Positions 1 to 11,050 of a stretch of DNA of 64,000 bases are shown piece after piece. Every line of letters begins with the position of its first letter. The first letter of the stretch is position 1. The notes under the pieces were generated by a model that saw nothing but the letters and a program-made list of their open reading frames with translations, ran no database searches and was not told the DNA's origin. This DNA comes from Lama glama (Eukaryota), in contig CM052832.1 of the NCBI GenBank assembly GCA_028534125.1, positions 9,612,001 to 9,676,000 on the forward strand, written 5' to 3'. Made by a program: the position numbers and the translations under genes.

Positions 1-529
1 ACATTTGGTTATCTCCCCTCTGGCTCAGGGCAGAGAGAAGGGGGAGGGAGGCGCATGTCACCTGGAGAGGGCGCTGTTGGCGATTCCTTTACCTGCTTCC
101 TTCCTTAACTCCCCTTATCGCCTTTGTTTTCTCTTTCCCCCACCTCCCGCTTTCCCCACCAGCTCCCTCTTCTCTCTTCTCTCTCCCTCCGCCTGGAATC
201 CCAGTGTTTTCAAGCTAAGTGTGGGGTGGGGGGAGATCTGAGTGGTCCTTGGGTGCTGGGATTTCCCAACACAGAGATGTGTCGAGAGCCACGCTAGGAG
301 TTCTGAGCAGAAGGCAAGTTCTCCGTGGCTAGCAGGGCCTAGACAGGAAGGAAGCCGTGTGTCTGATGACAGTACTGGTGGACTGGGGTCCCACTCGGGT
401 TGATAAGCCCCGGGCTTGTGGGGCAGACCCACAGCACTGAACCACATCCTTCCTCTTGTGCCCAGGGGGAGATGGAGAGGTGTTGGTTAACCAGCTGCAG
501 ATATTAATTTCATCTCCCCCCTCACCCAG

Positions 530-647
530 GTCTCCCCACGGCAACGCCCACTACGGAAGCTCTATCAACACATTCACCGTGAGGCCTGGGACCCGCCATC
601 CCATCTCCTATGCCTACTCGGGGGCCCATCGGAAGGCCCCATCCTGA
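530..647 (+). CDS. C6orf132: Last coding exon of the C6orf132 orthologue (earlier exons lie outside the window)
   Basis: Pyrimidine tract and AG acceptor at 528-529. Reads (x)SPHGNAHYGSSINTFTVRPGTRHPISYAYSGAHRKAPS-stop, matching the recalled human C-terminus (..GSPINTFTVRPGTRHPISY..SGAHRKATS). Tail-to-tail with TAF8 as in human. Confidence 0.85.
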
Positions 648-2210
648 GCCCAGGGTTTTCTTGGTTCTACTCTGAAGGGTTGGATCTGGGCACTTGTTTT
701 TGTGGGGGTGGGAGGGACACAGCAGGTGTTAGGTAGCCTCACTCACAGAGGAGTCTTTGTTTCCCAAAGACAGACAGACGACGAGTGAAGTTGTGGCCCA
801 AGAAGATCAAGGTTGGACTGCTGTTTCCCAAAGCACTAGTGTGGCTGTGGACTGTGCAGATGGGGGTGAGAGAGGGAAAGAAGGAAGAGAGGAGGAACCT
901 TTAAGGACCCGGGGCCCAAATTTTCGCTGTCTGGTACTATTTGCTTTAGCAAGGCTTATTTAAAGCAGTTTTCCAAGCAGACCTACTGAGCAGGTTCTAA
1001 AAGCAAGGGCTGGGGCACTTACTGAATGGGAGCCCATCAGGATGGCTGTGATCGCCACTCAGGCCCTCATGAAGGGCCGAGGCCCAGCCCAGTCCTGGCG
1101 AAGGTGTAGGGTGCTACAGGTTCATCTCCTTATCCTCTGTCCACCAGCTGCCACTCTAAGAATGGCACCTGGAATTCCTAGCATAGCCACATTGAGGTGG
1201 GACCAGGAATCTGCATGCATAACACATAGTGAAGGTACTGGAGCAAAGTGCTTTGTATTGACCAAGGGTGGGGATGGGAGGCTTTTTGGTTCATTTCTCT
1301 CTGGCCCTTAGCTACAGGAAGGCCTAGAGAGAGAAGGCTTTGGCAAGTTTAGGATGGAAGACAGGATTAAAGCTTGCTTTTCTACTCAGACCCAGGCAGC
1401 CATGATTTGGGGGATGGGCCCAAGGAGCCAGGAAGCCTGGGGCTTAACACCAAAGGCCTCACATGGTCAGGTGGCATATGGGATTTGGAGGGGCACTGTT
1501 CCTAGTCACCCCTCCCAATCCCAATACTACAGGCCCCCAACATTATCAAGGCCTTAAAATGTGTCACCAAGATGCTGGAAGGCCTTGGAGAGTGGGAGGT
1601 GACAGAGATCGAACAGGTCTGAGAGGACTTTGCTGTCAGTGGGGAACGTGACTTGGAAAGTGAAGAGTGGCAAGACTGGGCCAGTTCGGAGCGGGGGAGC
1701 CCTAGCAGTAGGGTGACCATTTCATACTTTGCTTAGGAAGTCTGGGTTTCTACCTATTTTCCAGTGAATTGGAACCCCTTCCACTTTCAGAAGTCTTGGT
1801 TTGAATGATGTATTGTCACCAAACATATCAAGATTGGTTGATCTTCCGTCTTCAGGTCTTGGGCTGAATTCCTGGGATCAGGCCAAGGCAGGCTGCCTGG
1901 GTAAGGAGGAAGGGGGGTGCCCAGCTCAGAGGAGCAGGCCAGGAGCGGCAGCCAGGAAGCAGTTCCCTTTGGGGGCGTGATGTTGGACCTTTGTGACCTG
2001 TGCTGACCAGCCAAGGTACTGGGGTGCAGGGACAGTGGATGAGCCACTTGAGGGAAAGAGTGAGGGGGTGGGCAGGTGCCCTGACGGGGCAGGATCTGGT
2101 TACTGGTGTTTGAGGCAAACCTCACCCCAGTGCCAGCACTGGCTCTATATATATGTATGTATTTTCCCTGTACAATGTTTTATAAAAGAGTTCACTAATT
2201 TATCTGCTGT
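648..2210 (+). other. C6orf132: Probable C6orf132 3' UTR and polyadenylation region
   Basis: Follows the stop codon. TGTA at 2169, TATAAA variant signal at 2181-2186, then GT-rich sequence; alternative AATAAA at 2299-2304. The end point is inferred. Confidence 0.5.
1710..1821. mobile_element. MER94-like hAT-Blackjack DNA transposon remnant in the UTR
   Basis: Termini AGGGTGACCAT...GTCACC and internal similarity to the recalled MER94 consensus. Confidence 0.55.
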
Positions 2211-2530
2211 GTTATGGCTGGAAGGGTGGGTTGTGGATTCCCGGCTGCATTTTGCTCTGGGGTGGGCGGGGAAGGACCGATTCTCACTTGGCTTGGGAAA
2301 TAAATAGGCCACTTTGGAACTGGCCTCCAGCTCTGTGGCTATGGATTGCTGATTGGGAGCTACTGGGGTGTGATGAGAGGTGGGAGAGCTCAGCTGGGGA
2401 GGGCTGAGCGCAGGGTGCTGGCTGAACTGGTGAGCCATTATACTGGGCCCAACTCTCTTTTCTGACACTTAAGTTTTCTCATTCTCCAAATCCTTCAAGG
2501 GGAAGGAGCAGAGCTGAAGTGGGGTGATAA

Positions 2531-2915
2531 ACTGTGCCCTTAAGCAAGTCTCTGACTCTCTGAATCTCAGTTTCTTCTGTACATTGGCCCGATAACCTAC
2601 CTCATAAGGCTGTTGTGAAGACGAGAGACAGTCATGCATTCATTTAACAAGGATTCGAGTGGCTACCAGATGGCAGGCACTGTGCTTAGCATGGATATCC
2701 AGTGATCAGCACACTACACAACCCCTGCCCATGGAAGACTGTGGGCTAGTGGAGGAGAGAAGATGAAAGAACACACGGAAACATCCTGTATTATAATAAG
2801 TGGTAGGAAGGGAAGGAACAGGAAGCATGAAAGTAACTGGAGGGCTGGGGAGAGGAGTGGATTCACTTTGACTGGCTGGTCAAGGAGCACCTCTTGAAGT
2901 GGTGACATTTAGGCC
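2531..2915. mobile_element. MIR fragment (+) followed by an L2 3' fragment (-)
   Basis: MIR core (aagtctctgactctctgaatctcagtttc...ctacctcataaggctgttgtgaag), then L2 tail (cattcatttaacaa...ggcactgtgct). Confidence 0.6.
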
Positions 2916-3415
2916 NNNNNNNNNNNNNNNNNNNNNNNNNNNNNNNNNNNNNNNNNNNNNNNNNNNNNNNNNNNNNNNNNNNNNNNNNNNNNNNNNNNNN
3001 NNNNNNNNNNNNNNNNNNNNNNNNNNNNNNNNNNNNNNNNNNNNNNNNNNNNNNNNNNNNNNNNNNNNNNNNNNNNNNNNNNNNNNNNNNNNNNNNNNNN
3101 NNNNNNNNNNNNNNNNNNNNNNNNNNNNNNNNNNNNNNNNNNNNNNNNNNNNNNNNNNNNNNNNNNNNNNNNNNNNNNNNNNNNNNNNNNNNNNNNNNNN
3201 NNNNNNNNNNNNNNNNNNNNNNNNNNNNNNNNNNNNNNNNNNNNNNNNNNNNNNNNNNNNNNNNNNNNNNNNNNNNNNNNNNNNNNNNNNNNNNNNNNNN
3301 NNNNNNNNNNNNNNNNNNNNNNNNNNNNNNNNNNNNNNNNNNNNNNNNNNNNNNNNNNNNNNNNNNNNNNNNNNNNNNNNNNNNNNNNNNNNNNNNNNNN
3401 NNNNNNNNNNNNNNN
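2916..3415. other. Assembly gap of exactly 500 N (probably a placeholder length)
   Basis: Run of 500 N. Confidence 0.99.
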
Positions 3416-6400
3416 ATCTGAAATCACATCCGCAATGGCCACCTCATTTTACCTTGGATGTCTGAACCACAGCTACTCCATTTAGACTTTCAAACACATC
3501 CCCCTCCTCAAGGTCAAACAAGATGTACAATGCAAGTCCCAAAGGCCACGCAGCAGGCTGCTTTGGTCAGTAAAGTTTGAGTCAAACCATGCACAGGCCA
3601 GAATGACTTCCCACACCTCAATATGTACAGATTTTTCCATCATTTCCCCCTTTGATTACAAATCTTTCAATAGAAAACACTGATGATCAAAATATCTGTC
3701 CCTGATGCGGAGCGGGGTGGAGGGGATGGCTCCTGCCCCAGGCTGAGATCATGTCCCCTGGCGCGAGGCCTCCTTTGCGTCTGCCTAGTTATCCATGTTG
3801 GAGAAGCTAATCAGATGTTGTAACAGGCTCAGGGGTTGTTAACGGGGAAACATTTTATAGGCCATACATTTGATCACTTACACCCAATTGTTACACAAGC
3901 ACATGTGCTTCTAGCAATTGACTCAAAGCAGAGTAGTTTCGCTCTGTGACAGCTCCATTAGAGAATTCTCTATCCTAAACACTGGGGGCAATACTGATAC
4001 AGAGATAAATATTTGGTAAACAGTTCAATTAGAAAACAGATTAAAAGCCAGTAATACTTCAGACAACCAAAAAATTATAACCATACTCATCAGTTCACTC
4101 AGTCCTAAGCAATCAATCCATTTTACCAACAGTTTTATGAAATCAGAGTTTTCACTAGACTTCTTAAATATCCTACACAGCTCAGCAGTATGATTTACAA
4201 GAAAACTGTACTTGTTCAAAAATCCTTTTTATGAATCTTCTTGAAGATTAAGCAGTTTTGCCACGCATCAGCTTACCTGTCCATGAGTGATGGAAGACCC
4301 AAAAAGGCAAAAGATCCAATTATAATGTTTTTGACAAAAAGCTTAATCAGGTTGCTGTGACATATGTTAAAAACTAGAATCATGACTGATAGCATTACAC
4401 CAGGGCATGTCCAGATTTTAGAAACTCCACATAATTTCTGGAATATCTCTACGAACAACATTTATCCATCCCATATAATCTGAAGAGGTTTATCACTCCT
4501 TTGACAATGCTTCCCACGTAATTCAACATACCAGTCAATTCCAGTTAGTTTAATATTTCTCTCTGAGATGTCTCATGGGCCCTCTGAGGCATCCCAAAGC
4601 CAGGTGAAGTCAAAAGGACTTTAATTAGAACTTGATACGAAGTTGTCAAAAATAGCAAAGCAAAAAGTGTCACACTAACTGTCGTCAGCGGCATTCTAAG
4701 TAAACTTGTTATCTTAACAGAGAAGAACCAAATCCAGTCCTGCGCCAACCCACTTCCAACAACAAAGTTCATTTGCCTAATTAAGCTTGATCTAATCTCA
4801 GCCTGACCATGCACAGAACTCTTTTTTAAGGCTCCCCTTCTACAAACCTTCCACAATTTTCCATATCCGTTAGTTTGTCCCTTATTTTTTCCCATCTAGA
4901 GACAACCAGCTCCAGGACCAAATCCTTAACAAAATGTAATTCCATTCCTCACACCTTTTTTTTTTTTTTAACTCAAACATATATCCCACTCTCTTACTAT
5001 ATACCAAATGTTTCTTTTATTACTTCTAGTAGCCTTAATTACATATTTATATTAGAATCCTCAACTCTTAAAACTTTTTCATATATATAAACATTTTTTA
5101 TTGAGTTATAGTCATTTTACAATGTTGTGTCAAATTCCAGTGTAGAGCACAATTTTTCAGTTATACACGAATATACATATATTCATTGTCACTCCCTGTG
5201 AGCCACTTAAAACTCTTAACTTCTATTGAACGTTTCAGTATCTTATTTTGTTTGGGAATGACTGATTTATTCAACTACTCATTAAACTTTAATCAACTAA
5301 CATAATCTAGCACAGGTCCAAAATGTCAAGTCACCAAATAGCTGGAGAGATCACGTTTAAGTAGACATTCCCAAAACATAATCATTTCCAAAGAGTTCAC
5401 CCCAAAGCTCCTCTCCCCTGCCTTCAATTCACCCATAAAAATTTCATTATACCAAGATAATTGTTTTCTTTCTGCTGACAAACTGCAACAGAAACAAGAA
5501 CTTATTGACCTTCAGTAAACCTAGGTACAATAAAAGCCGTGTCTGTATTGAGTATACCAACAAGTTTAAGCTAGCTTTAATATCAGATATCAACTCAATA
5601 TTGAAGATTTCCTAAATCACATCAGCCTGAAATGTGTTCTATCCAGCTTCTTTTATAATTAGAAGTGTTTAATTTGTAAGCACTTACTTTTAAGTCAATT
5701 AGATGGAGGTCATTTACAAGTTAGTTTTAAGTAAAGACAGACAGAACCAGAGATCTCAGTTTTCTGCTTGAATTTAGAAAAAATCTTTTTTCTTTTTTCC
5801 TTGAGAGCCCAGGTAGATCATCTATGTCTTAAAGGCACAGGAAGAGGAATGCAAGTTCCTCCTCTAACTGCTTTTACAAAACCCAACCATCTAGGCTATT
5901 TTCAGGCTTTTTTTTTTTTTCAAGTTCCCAAGTAGACAATGTGTGTGTGTTTTATTCACATGCCTCACTTTCAGCAAAACCCTTTGGACTCAGGTACCAA
6001 GACACTCACACACCCAAGATAAAAGCCAAACTGCAGAAGGCCCACTTTGATATCACAGCAGAGCCGTTAGGGCCATTGTTCTCAAGGTCTCAGGGAGTAC
6101 CGAGCCCACACAGTGTTACAATAAAACATATTTTCTTTCATTTATGGAAGCATAGATGAAGATCTCACAGTTTTGCAAAATATATCCTAGGGGGACTGTA
6201 AGATGAAACAGCGTTCTGATCATTCATATTTTTAATTTAATTATTCACAGCAATGTTGTCAAATAGCAACCAAATACAATTCAAAACAGTCTCTCAGGGT
6301 CACAGCTCCCTAGCCCCCAAAAGGGGATTCCCAACCAAGGCCCCGTCAGTCCACAAGGGGAGAACCCCGACCGACGCCCCAGCAGAGATGAAGCTGAACG

Positions 6401-6991
6401 AAGGACCAAGGCTAGAAAGGGAAAATCTCAACCAGTGCTCCGCCAACCAGGCGAATTCAATGCAATGGAAGGATACTCTGGTGTCGTCACACACGTGAGC
6501 ACTTGTTACCCACCAAAGACCTTTCAACTGGCCAATGCCAGTACTGATACACACACATACACAGCAAACATCGTCCTACAAACAAAAGATCAGATGAGAT
6601 GTAGCCCCAAAATTCCATTTCCACTCCCAGATGGAGGCTTCCAGAGTGTCCTGGCTCCCGAAGGAGAATGGACCCAGATTGGCTCCCAATGCACCCAGAA
6701 TGGCTCGCTTCCTGCAAGGGAATGAGCCCAGATGGAGTAGAGAAAATTCCCAGCCTGCATGAGCAAGCTGGAGGGACTCACCCACAAGCAACACTGAGTG
6801 TGGATGCAGCTCCAGACCTTTCTCAGCTCCAAACAGCCTCGTGCCTGGGCAGCCGGTGCCTGTCAGGGGAGACCCTCCCAGGTCCCTGAAGCAAAGTGAG
6901 CTCCAGCAGCTGCTGGGGACCCTGGGAAGGGGCTGCCTCCAGCCAAGGTGGACCTGCCACAGGCAGACTCCTAAGCTGGCTTCATCAGAAT
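3416..6991 (-). mobile_element. Non-coding ERV1 (MER4-group-like) internal region with a putative 3' LTR start running into the gap
   Basis: Abuts the LTR at 6992 through a PBS-like sequence (6968-6987). AT-rich body with no gag/pol/env ORF. Minus-strand polypurine tract AAAGGGGGAAA (3653-3643) followed by TG at 3642. Confidence 0.7.
5076..5205 (-). mobile_element. Short 5'-truncated lineage-specific L1 3' end inserted in the ERV
   Basis: L1-tail sequence ttttattgagttatagtcattttacaatgttgtgtcaaatt; perfect 9-bp TSD CTTAAAACT at 5067-5075 and 5206-5214. Confidence 0.8.
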
Positions 6992-7434
6992 TGTTACCCA
7001 AGGCAAGTTCCTGTGTCTGATGTAGAGCGAGGCCAAACAAATCAAAAGGTTGGAGTTTGGAGGAGAGAAAGGTTTATTGATGGGCTGCGCAAGGAGAACG
7101 AGTGGCTCGTGCCCAAAAAGCCCCAAACTCCCTGAACGGCTTCAGCTGAGCATTTTTAAGTCCACGTAAGGGAGGGGCAGCCCAGGGTATAGGATCAGCT
7201 GTGCACAATTCTCTGATTGGTTTATAATGATCACTACTCAGGCACCAGAAGGTCTGAGGTCTACATGATCATCAAGTAGTTAATTTCTTCCACTTGGTGT
7301 TGGTTTTTAGCATTGAAAAACTCAGGAAATATGCATGAGATACCGTTATCTGGGTACTCCAGAGAGGAGATACAGCAGAGGGTATGGGGGAGGGGTCTGT
7401 CCCGGGAAGACCCCATAGGTCCTGCTCTGTTACA
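6992..7434 (-). mobile_element. ERV1-class LTR (5' LTR of the adjacent provirus)
   Basis: Minus strand reads TGTAAC...GGTAACA, with CCAAT, TATA-like and AATAAA signals, followed by a PBS-like sequence. Confidence 0.8.
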
Positions 7435-7439
7435 TGTCC

Positions 7440-7720
7440 CCTACCACTCCATGTGGGCCACACTGTTCTCCTTAACATGCTAAGCCCACTCCTGCCTCAG
7501 GGCCTTTGCACTTGCTGTTCCTTTGTCACTGAATGCTCTTTTCCAGCTATCTGATCTCAATTCAAATATTACCCTCTTAGAGAAGACAGGCCTTCCCTAA
7601 ATACTCCATAAAAGGGTAATACCCTTTCTCCTTCGTATTCTGTATCCTCATTACCATGTTTTATTGTTTTCCTCCTCAGCACTTATCACCATCTGATGTA
7701 CAATATATTTATTTGTTTAC
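7440..7720 (+). mobile_element. L2 fragment
   Basis: Typical L2 motifs cctcagggcctttgcacttgctgttcc and agcacttatcaccatctga. Confidence 0.65.
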
Positions 7721-7884
7721 CCTGGCCCTCCTCCTCCTCACCCCCAAATGATTTATTCAATGTCTACTTTCCTCTGGTACTACTTTTTAATTTTATGTGT
7801 GTATTTTTTATCATTTATTGTTCTTGTTCTAATCTGCCTCTAATCCGTTGTAGAACAACAAGAAATACAAGAAAGGAACTAGCT

Positions 7885-8641
7885 CATTGCCATATGACCC
7901 AGCAATCCCACTTCAGCATGTATCTGTAAAAGACGAAAACTCTAATTCGAAAAGTTACATGCACCCCAATGCTCACAGCAGTACTATTTACAATAGCCAA
8001 GACATGAATGGAAACCCAAGTGCCCATCAACAGATGATTGGTTTAAGATGTGGTATATATACACAATGGATTATTACTTGGCCATAAAAAGAATGAAATA
8101 TTGCCATTTGCAGTAACATGGAAGGACCCAGAGGTTATCATACTAAGTGAAGTAAGTTAGACAAAGACAAATATTATATGATATCACTTATATGTGGAAT
8201 CTGAAAAATAATACAAATGAATCTAAATACAAAATAGGAGGTGGAGCGTATAGCTCAGTGATAGTGTATGTCTAGCATGCACAAGGTCCTGGGTTCAATC
8301 CCCAGGACCTCCATTTAAAAAATTAATAGATAAACAAAATAGAAACAGACTCAGACAGAAAACAAACTTATGATTACCAAAGGGGAGAGGGAAGGGAGGA
8401 ATAAATTAAGAGTATGGAATTAACAACTACAAACTACTGTACATAAAATAGATAAGCAACAAGGATTTACTGTCTAGCACAGGGAACTATATTCATATCT
8501 TATAATAACCCATAATGGAAAATAATCTAAAAATATATATATATATAACTGAATCACTTTGTTGTATACCTGAAACTAACATGATATTGTAAATCAACTA
8601 TAAACATCATTAAAAATAAACAAAAAATTAAATTTTTAAAA
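7885..8641 (+). mobile_element. 5'-truncated L1 (end of ORF2 plus 3' UTR)
   Basis: catatgacccagcaatcccact and tcacttatatgtggaatct motifs; A-rich tail; TSD aaaggaac(t/a)agct at 7872-7884 and 8642-8654. Confidence 0.85.
8238..8333 (+). mobile_element. tRNA-derived camelid SINE (Vic-1-like) nested in the L1
   Basis: A box tagctcagtg, B box ggttcaatccc; TSD ACAAAATAG at 8229-8237 and 8334-8342. Confidence 0.85.
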
Positions 8642-10419
8642 AAAGGAACAAGCTAGTGATCACAAAGTTAATGGCAGAAACATTGACTAGACTAGTCCTT
8701 CTGAGGCAGGAAGCCCCATAAAAAGATCGGCAGGACCCCCAGGCAGGGCCACCACTCTCCTGACAGCACCATCCAGTTCCCTGGCCCTGAGGCTCTATCT
8801 CACTTTTTGCTTCTGAAAAGGCTTACTTACCCCTAAAATCTGTTGGTTCCCTGAGTTCACTCCTGATTGGTTATTTCCCTCACTCCTGATTGGTTATCTC
8901 TCCCTCCTGATTGGTCCATTTCTACAAAGCTTGTTCCTAATTAGTCAACTATTGTTATACCTTATTTGCATATAATGTTGCAAAATGTAAACTGGCAGCC
9001 TATAAAAGCCTGTGTAAACCTACAGATGGGCCCCAGAGCTTGGAGTGTTAACTTCTCTGGGCCCGCTGGCGTAATAAACCTGAGTTTTCCAACTCTCCGA
9101 GTACTGCTTGGTCTCTCGCCTGGGTCCAGGTTGCTGGCACAACTGAGCTATAACACTGAGCTGTAACACATTTTTTTCTGCAACACTTCTAATATTTTTC
9201 CACCAAGATTTCCAATCAGCAAAGTGAAGAGCAAACTAACGTGCCCTCCCACCTCCTCAAGCTTTAGGAGAAAAGCTTGAAGCTCCTCCTGAAAAAGCAA
9301 AATTTATTTGAGGCTTTACTTTTCGTGGACATTTTGCTCTTTATTTCCTGAAATTTTTACATTTATTCGACTCTAAAACCTTTTCCCCAAAGTTTTTCAG
9401 TCAAAGTAACTTCACCAACAAGGTTCCCAATGAGAAAGCTGGGGCTGAAAGCAGGTGCTGACCTGGGGTCCCAAGGCTGCCTGTGCTGCGCCCCCCACTC
9501 CCCACCCCACCTCCAGGGAGACTCACCGAGGACGTTACCAGTAGCTCTGGGCCCTTGGGCTCGTCCCTCCATATGAGTTCGGCCTTAGTTTCCTGAAGGG
9601 ATGGGGTTTTTTAACTGTTAGTTCCCACTCCTATGTATGTAACAATGAGCTTTCTTTCTGAATACATTGGAGGGAAGAAGCCGAGGTGTGGAGGCAACAA
9701 GGTGGCAGTGACAGCAGGACAGGACAGTGGCAGGACTGATGGCTGGACAGAAGCTCCCGCAGGGCGTGGGCCCGGGAGGCACAGGCAGGGCTCCTGGGCG
9801 GTTGAGGGAGGGAGGCCCTGGGGTCCCCGGAGCAGAGGCCTGCTCAGCTTGGCTGTCTTCTGTGCCCTAGAAATCTCTGCCTCCGTGGGACCCAGGAGAT
9901 TTCTGGGTGGAGCTCTCCTGGGGAAGGTGCCCATGTACACTTTCAAAAGAGGGTAGAGCTACAAGCTCACCCGTGCCAACATCTGAAACCATGAAGGCCA
10001 AGAACACAGCGCTTCGGCTTCCCCCTTTCCTCTCCCACCACCTCGGCATCTGTGAAGCAGTGAAGGGGCAGCCCAGACGCTCACTACCACCCCCTGCTCC
10101 AGGGCTCACTCTCACCCTCAGGAGGGGTGCTGGGTCCACAGCCCAGCCCCTGTCCCCCCACCCCAGGTGATCCCATCTCTGTGGGGAGGGAGGCACCTCA
10201 CCTGGGAGAGTAATGCCAGTCCCGGCCCTGAGTCACACAAGTCGTCTCTAATATCGCATGTCTCAATAGCGCCCCTTTGAGGTATTACTAGCCCACACAC
10301 CACAGAAGAGGAGGGTGAGACTCAGAGCAGTCCAGTCGCTTGCAGACAACTGAGTGGCAGGACTGACTGCAGACCTTCCAGGCTCCAAAAGCAGTCACCC
10401 CTCCACCCAACTCCACTCA

Positions 10420-11050
10420 AACAAAACCACGGCAAGAAACCATTTTCTACCCATCAGACTGGCAAAGGTCAGCAAGTTGGGAGACCCTGAGGTGGCAAAA
10501 GTGCAAGGAAACAGGCGCTGAGGCGAGAGTGTAAGTTGATACATCTTGTGAGAAGAACAGGGCACATCTGCCCACAGCTGGTGGGCACGTGCAGGGAAAC
10601 GACGCCGGCACAGAGCCACTCGCCACGCTGACTCCTGAGATAACAGAAGGCTGGACGCCACCTAAGCATCCATCCACTGGGAATGAGTTAAGTAAGTCAG
10701 CTACGGTAGAGCTATTACAATGGAACAGTGCAGCCATGAAACAGGACGAGAAAGCTTTTTATTATTAGCATGGGACCATCACCCAAATACACAGAGAGGT
10801 GGGGGGAAGCATAGATAGTATATACATATCTACCATCATTTAAAAGGGGAAGAAAGTACATACAGGCACTTGTGTCTGATGTGTAGACTATTTGCTGAAG
10901 AATGCACACGATAATTCTGATCCTGACATACTGGTGGCCTCCAGGAAGAGAACTGGGAGTCTGGGAGACAGGGGTGTGTGTGCTTAGTTTCACTTGTATC
11001 TTTTTCTGTCTTTTAAATGTTATACCGTGTGCTTATATTATCCATTCAAA
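10420..11050 (+). mobile_element. Old L1M (L1ME/MC-like) 3' fragment
   Basis: Degenerate ORF2-end and 3' UTR motifs (aaaccattttctacccatcagactggcaaa; acaatggaacagtgcagccatgaaa). Confidence 0.55.

Larger units (their letters stand above)
7846..9185 (+). mobile_element. Solo ERV LTR interrupted by an L1 (7885-8641)
   Basis: Imperfect inverted termini cgttgtagaa...ttctgcaaca. U3 has three ATTGG repeats, an octamer (8964-8971), TATAAAA (9001) and AATAAA (9073). Confidence 0.75.

Noticed and set aside
2899..3465. 188-aa and 177-aa ORFs in the track
   Set aside because: Artefacts of the N gap.
3416..6991. Possible retroviral gag/pol/env or a co-opted env gene
   Set aside because: No long ORF and no retroviral protein motif visible in the translations.
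8238..8333. tRNA-like sequences (also at 20622, 22848, 29287, 60555)
   Set aside because: They have TSDs, A-rich tails and non-tRNA 3' extensions, so they are SINEs rather than tRNA genes.
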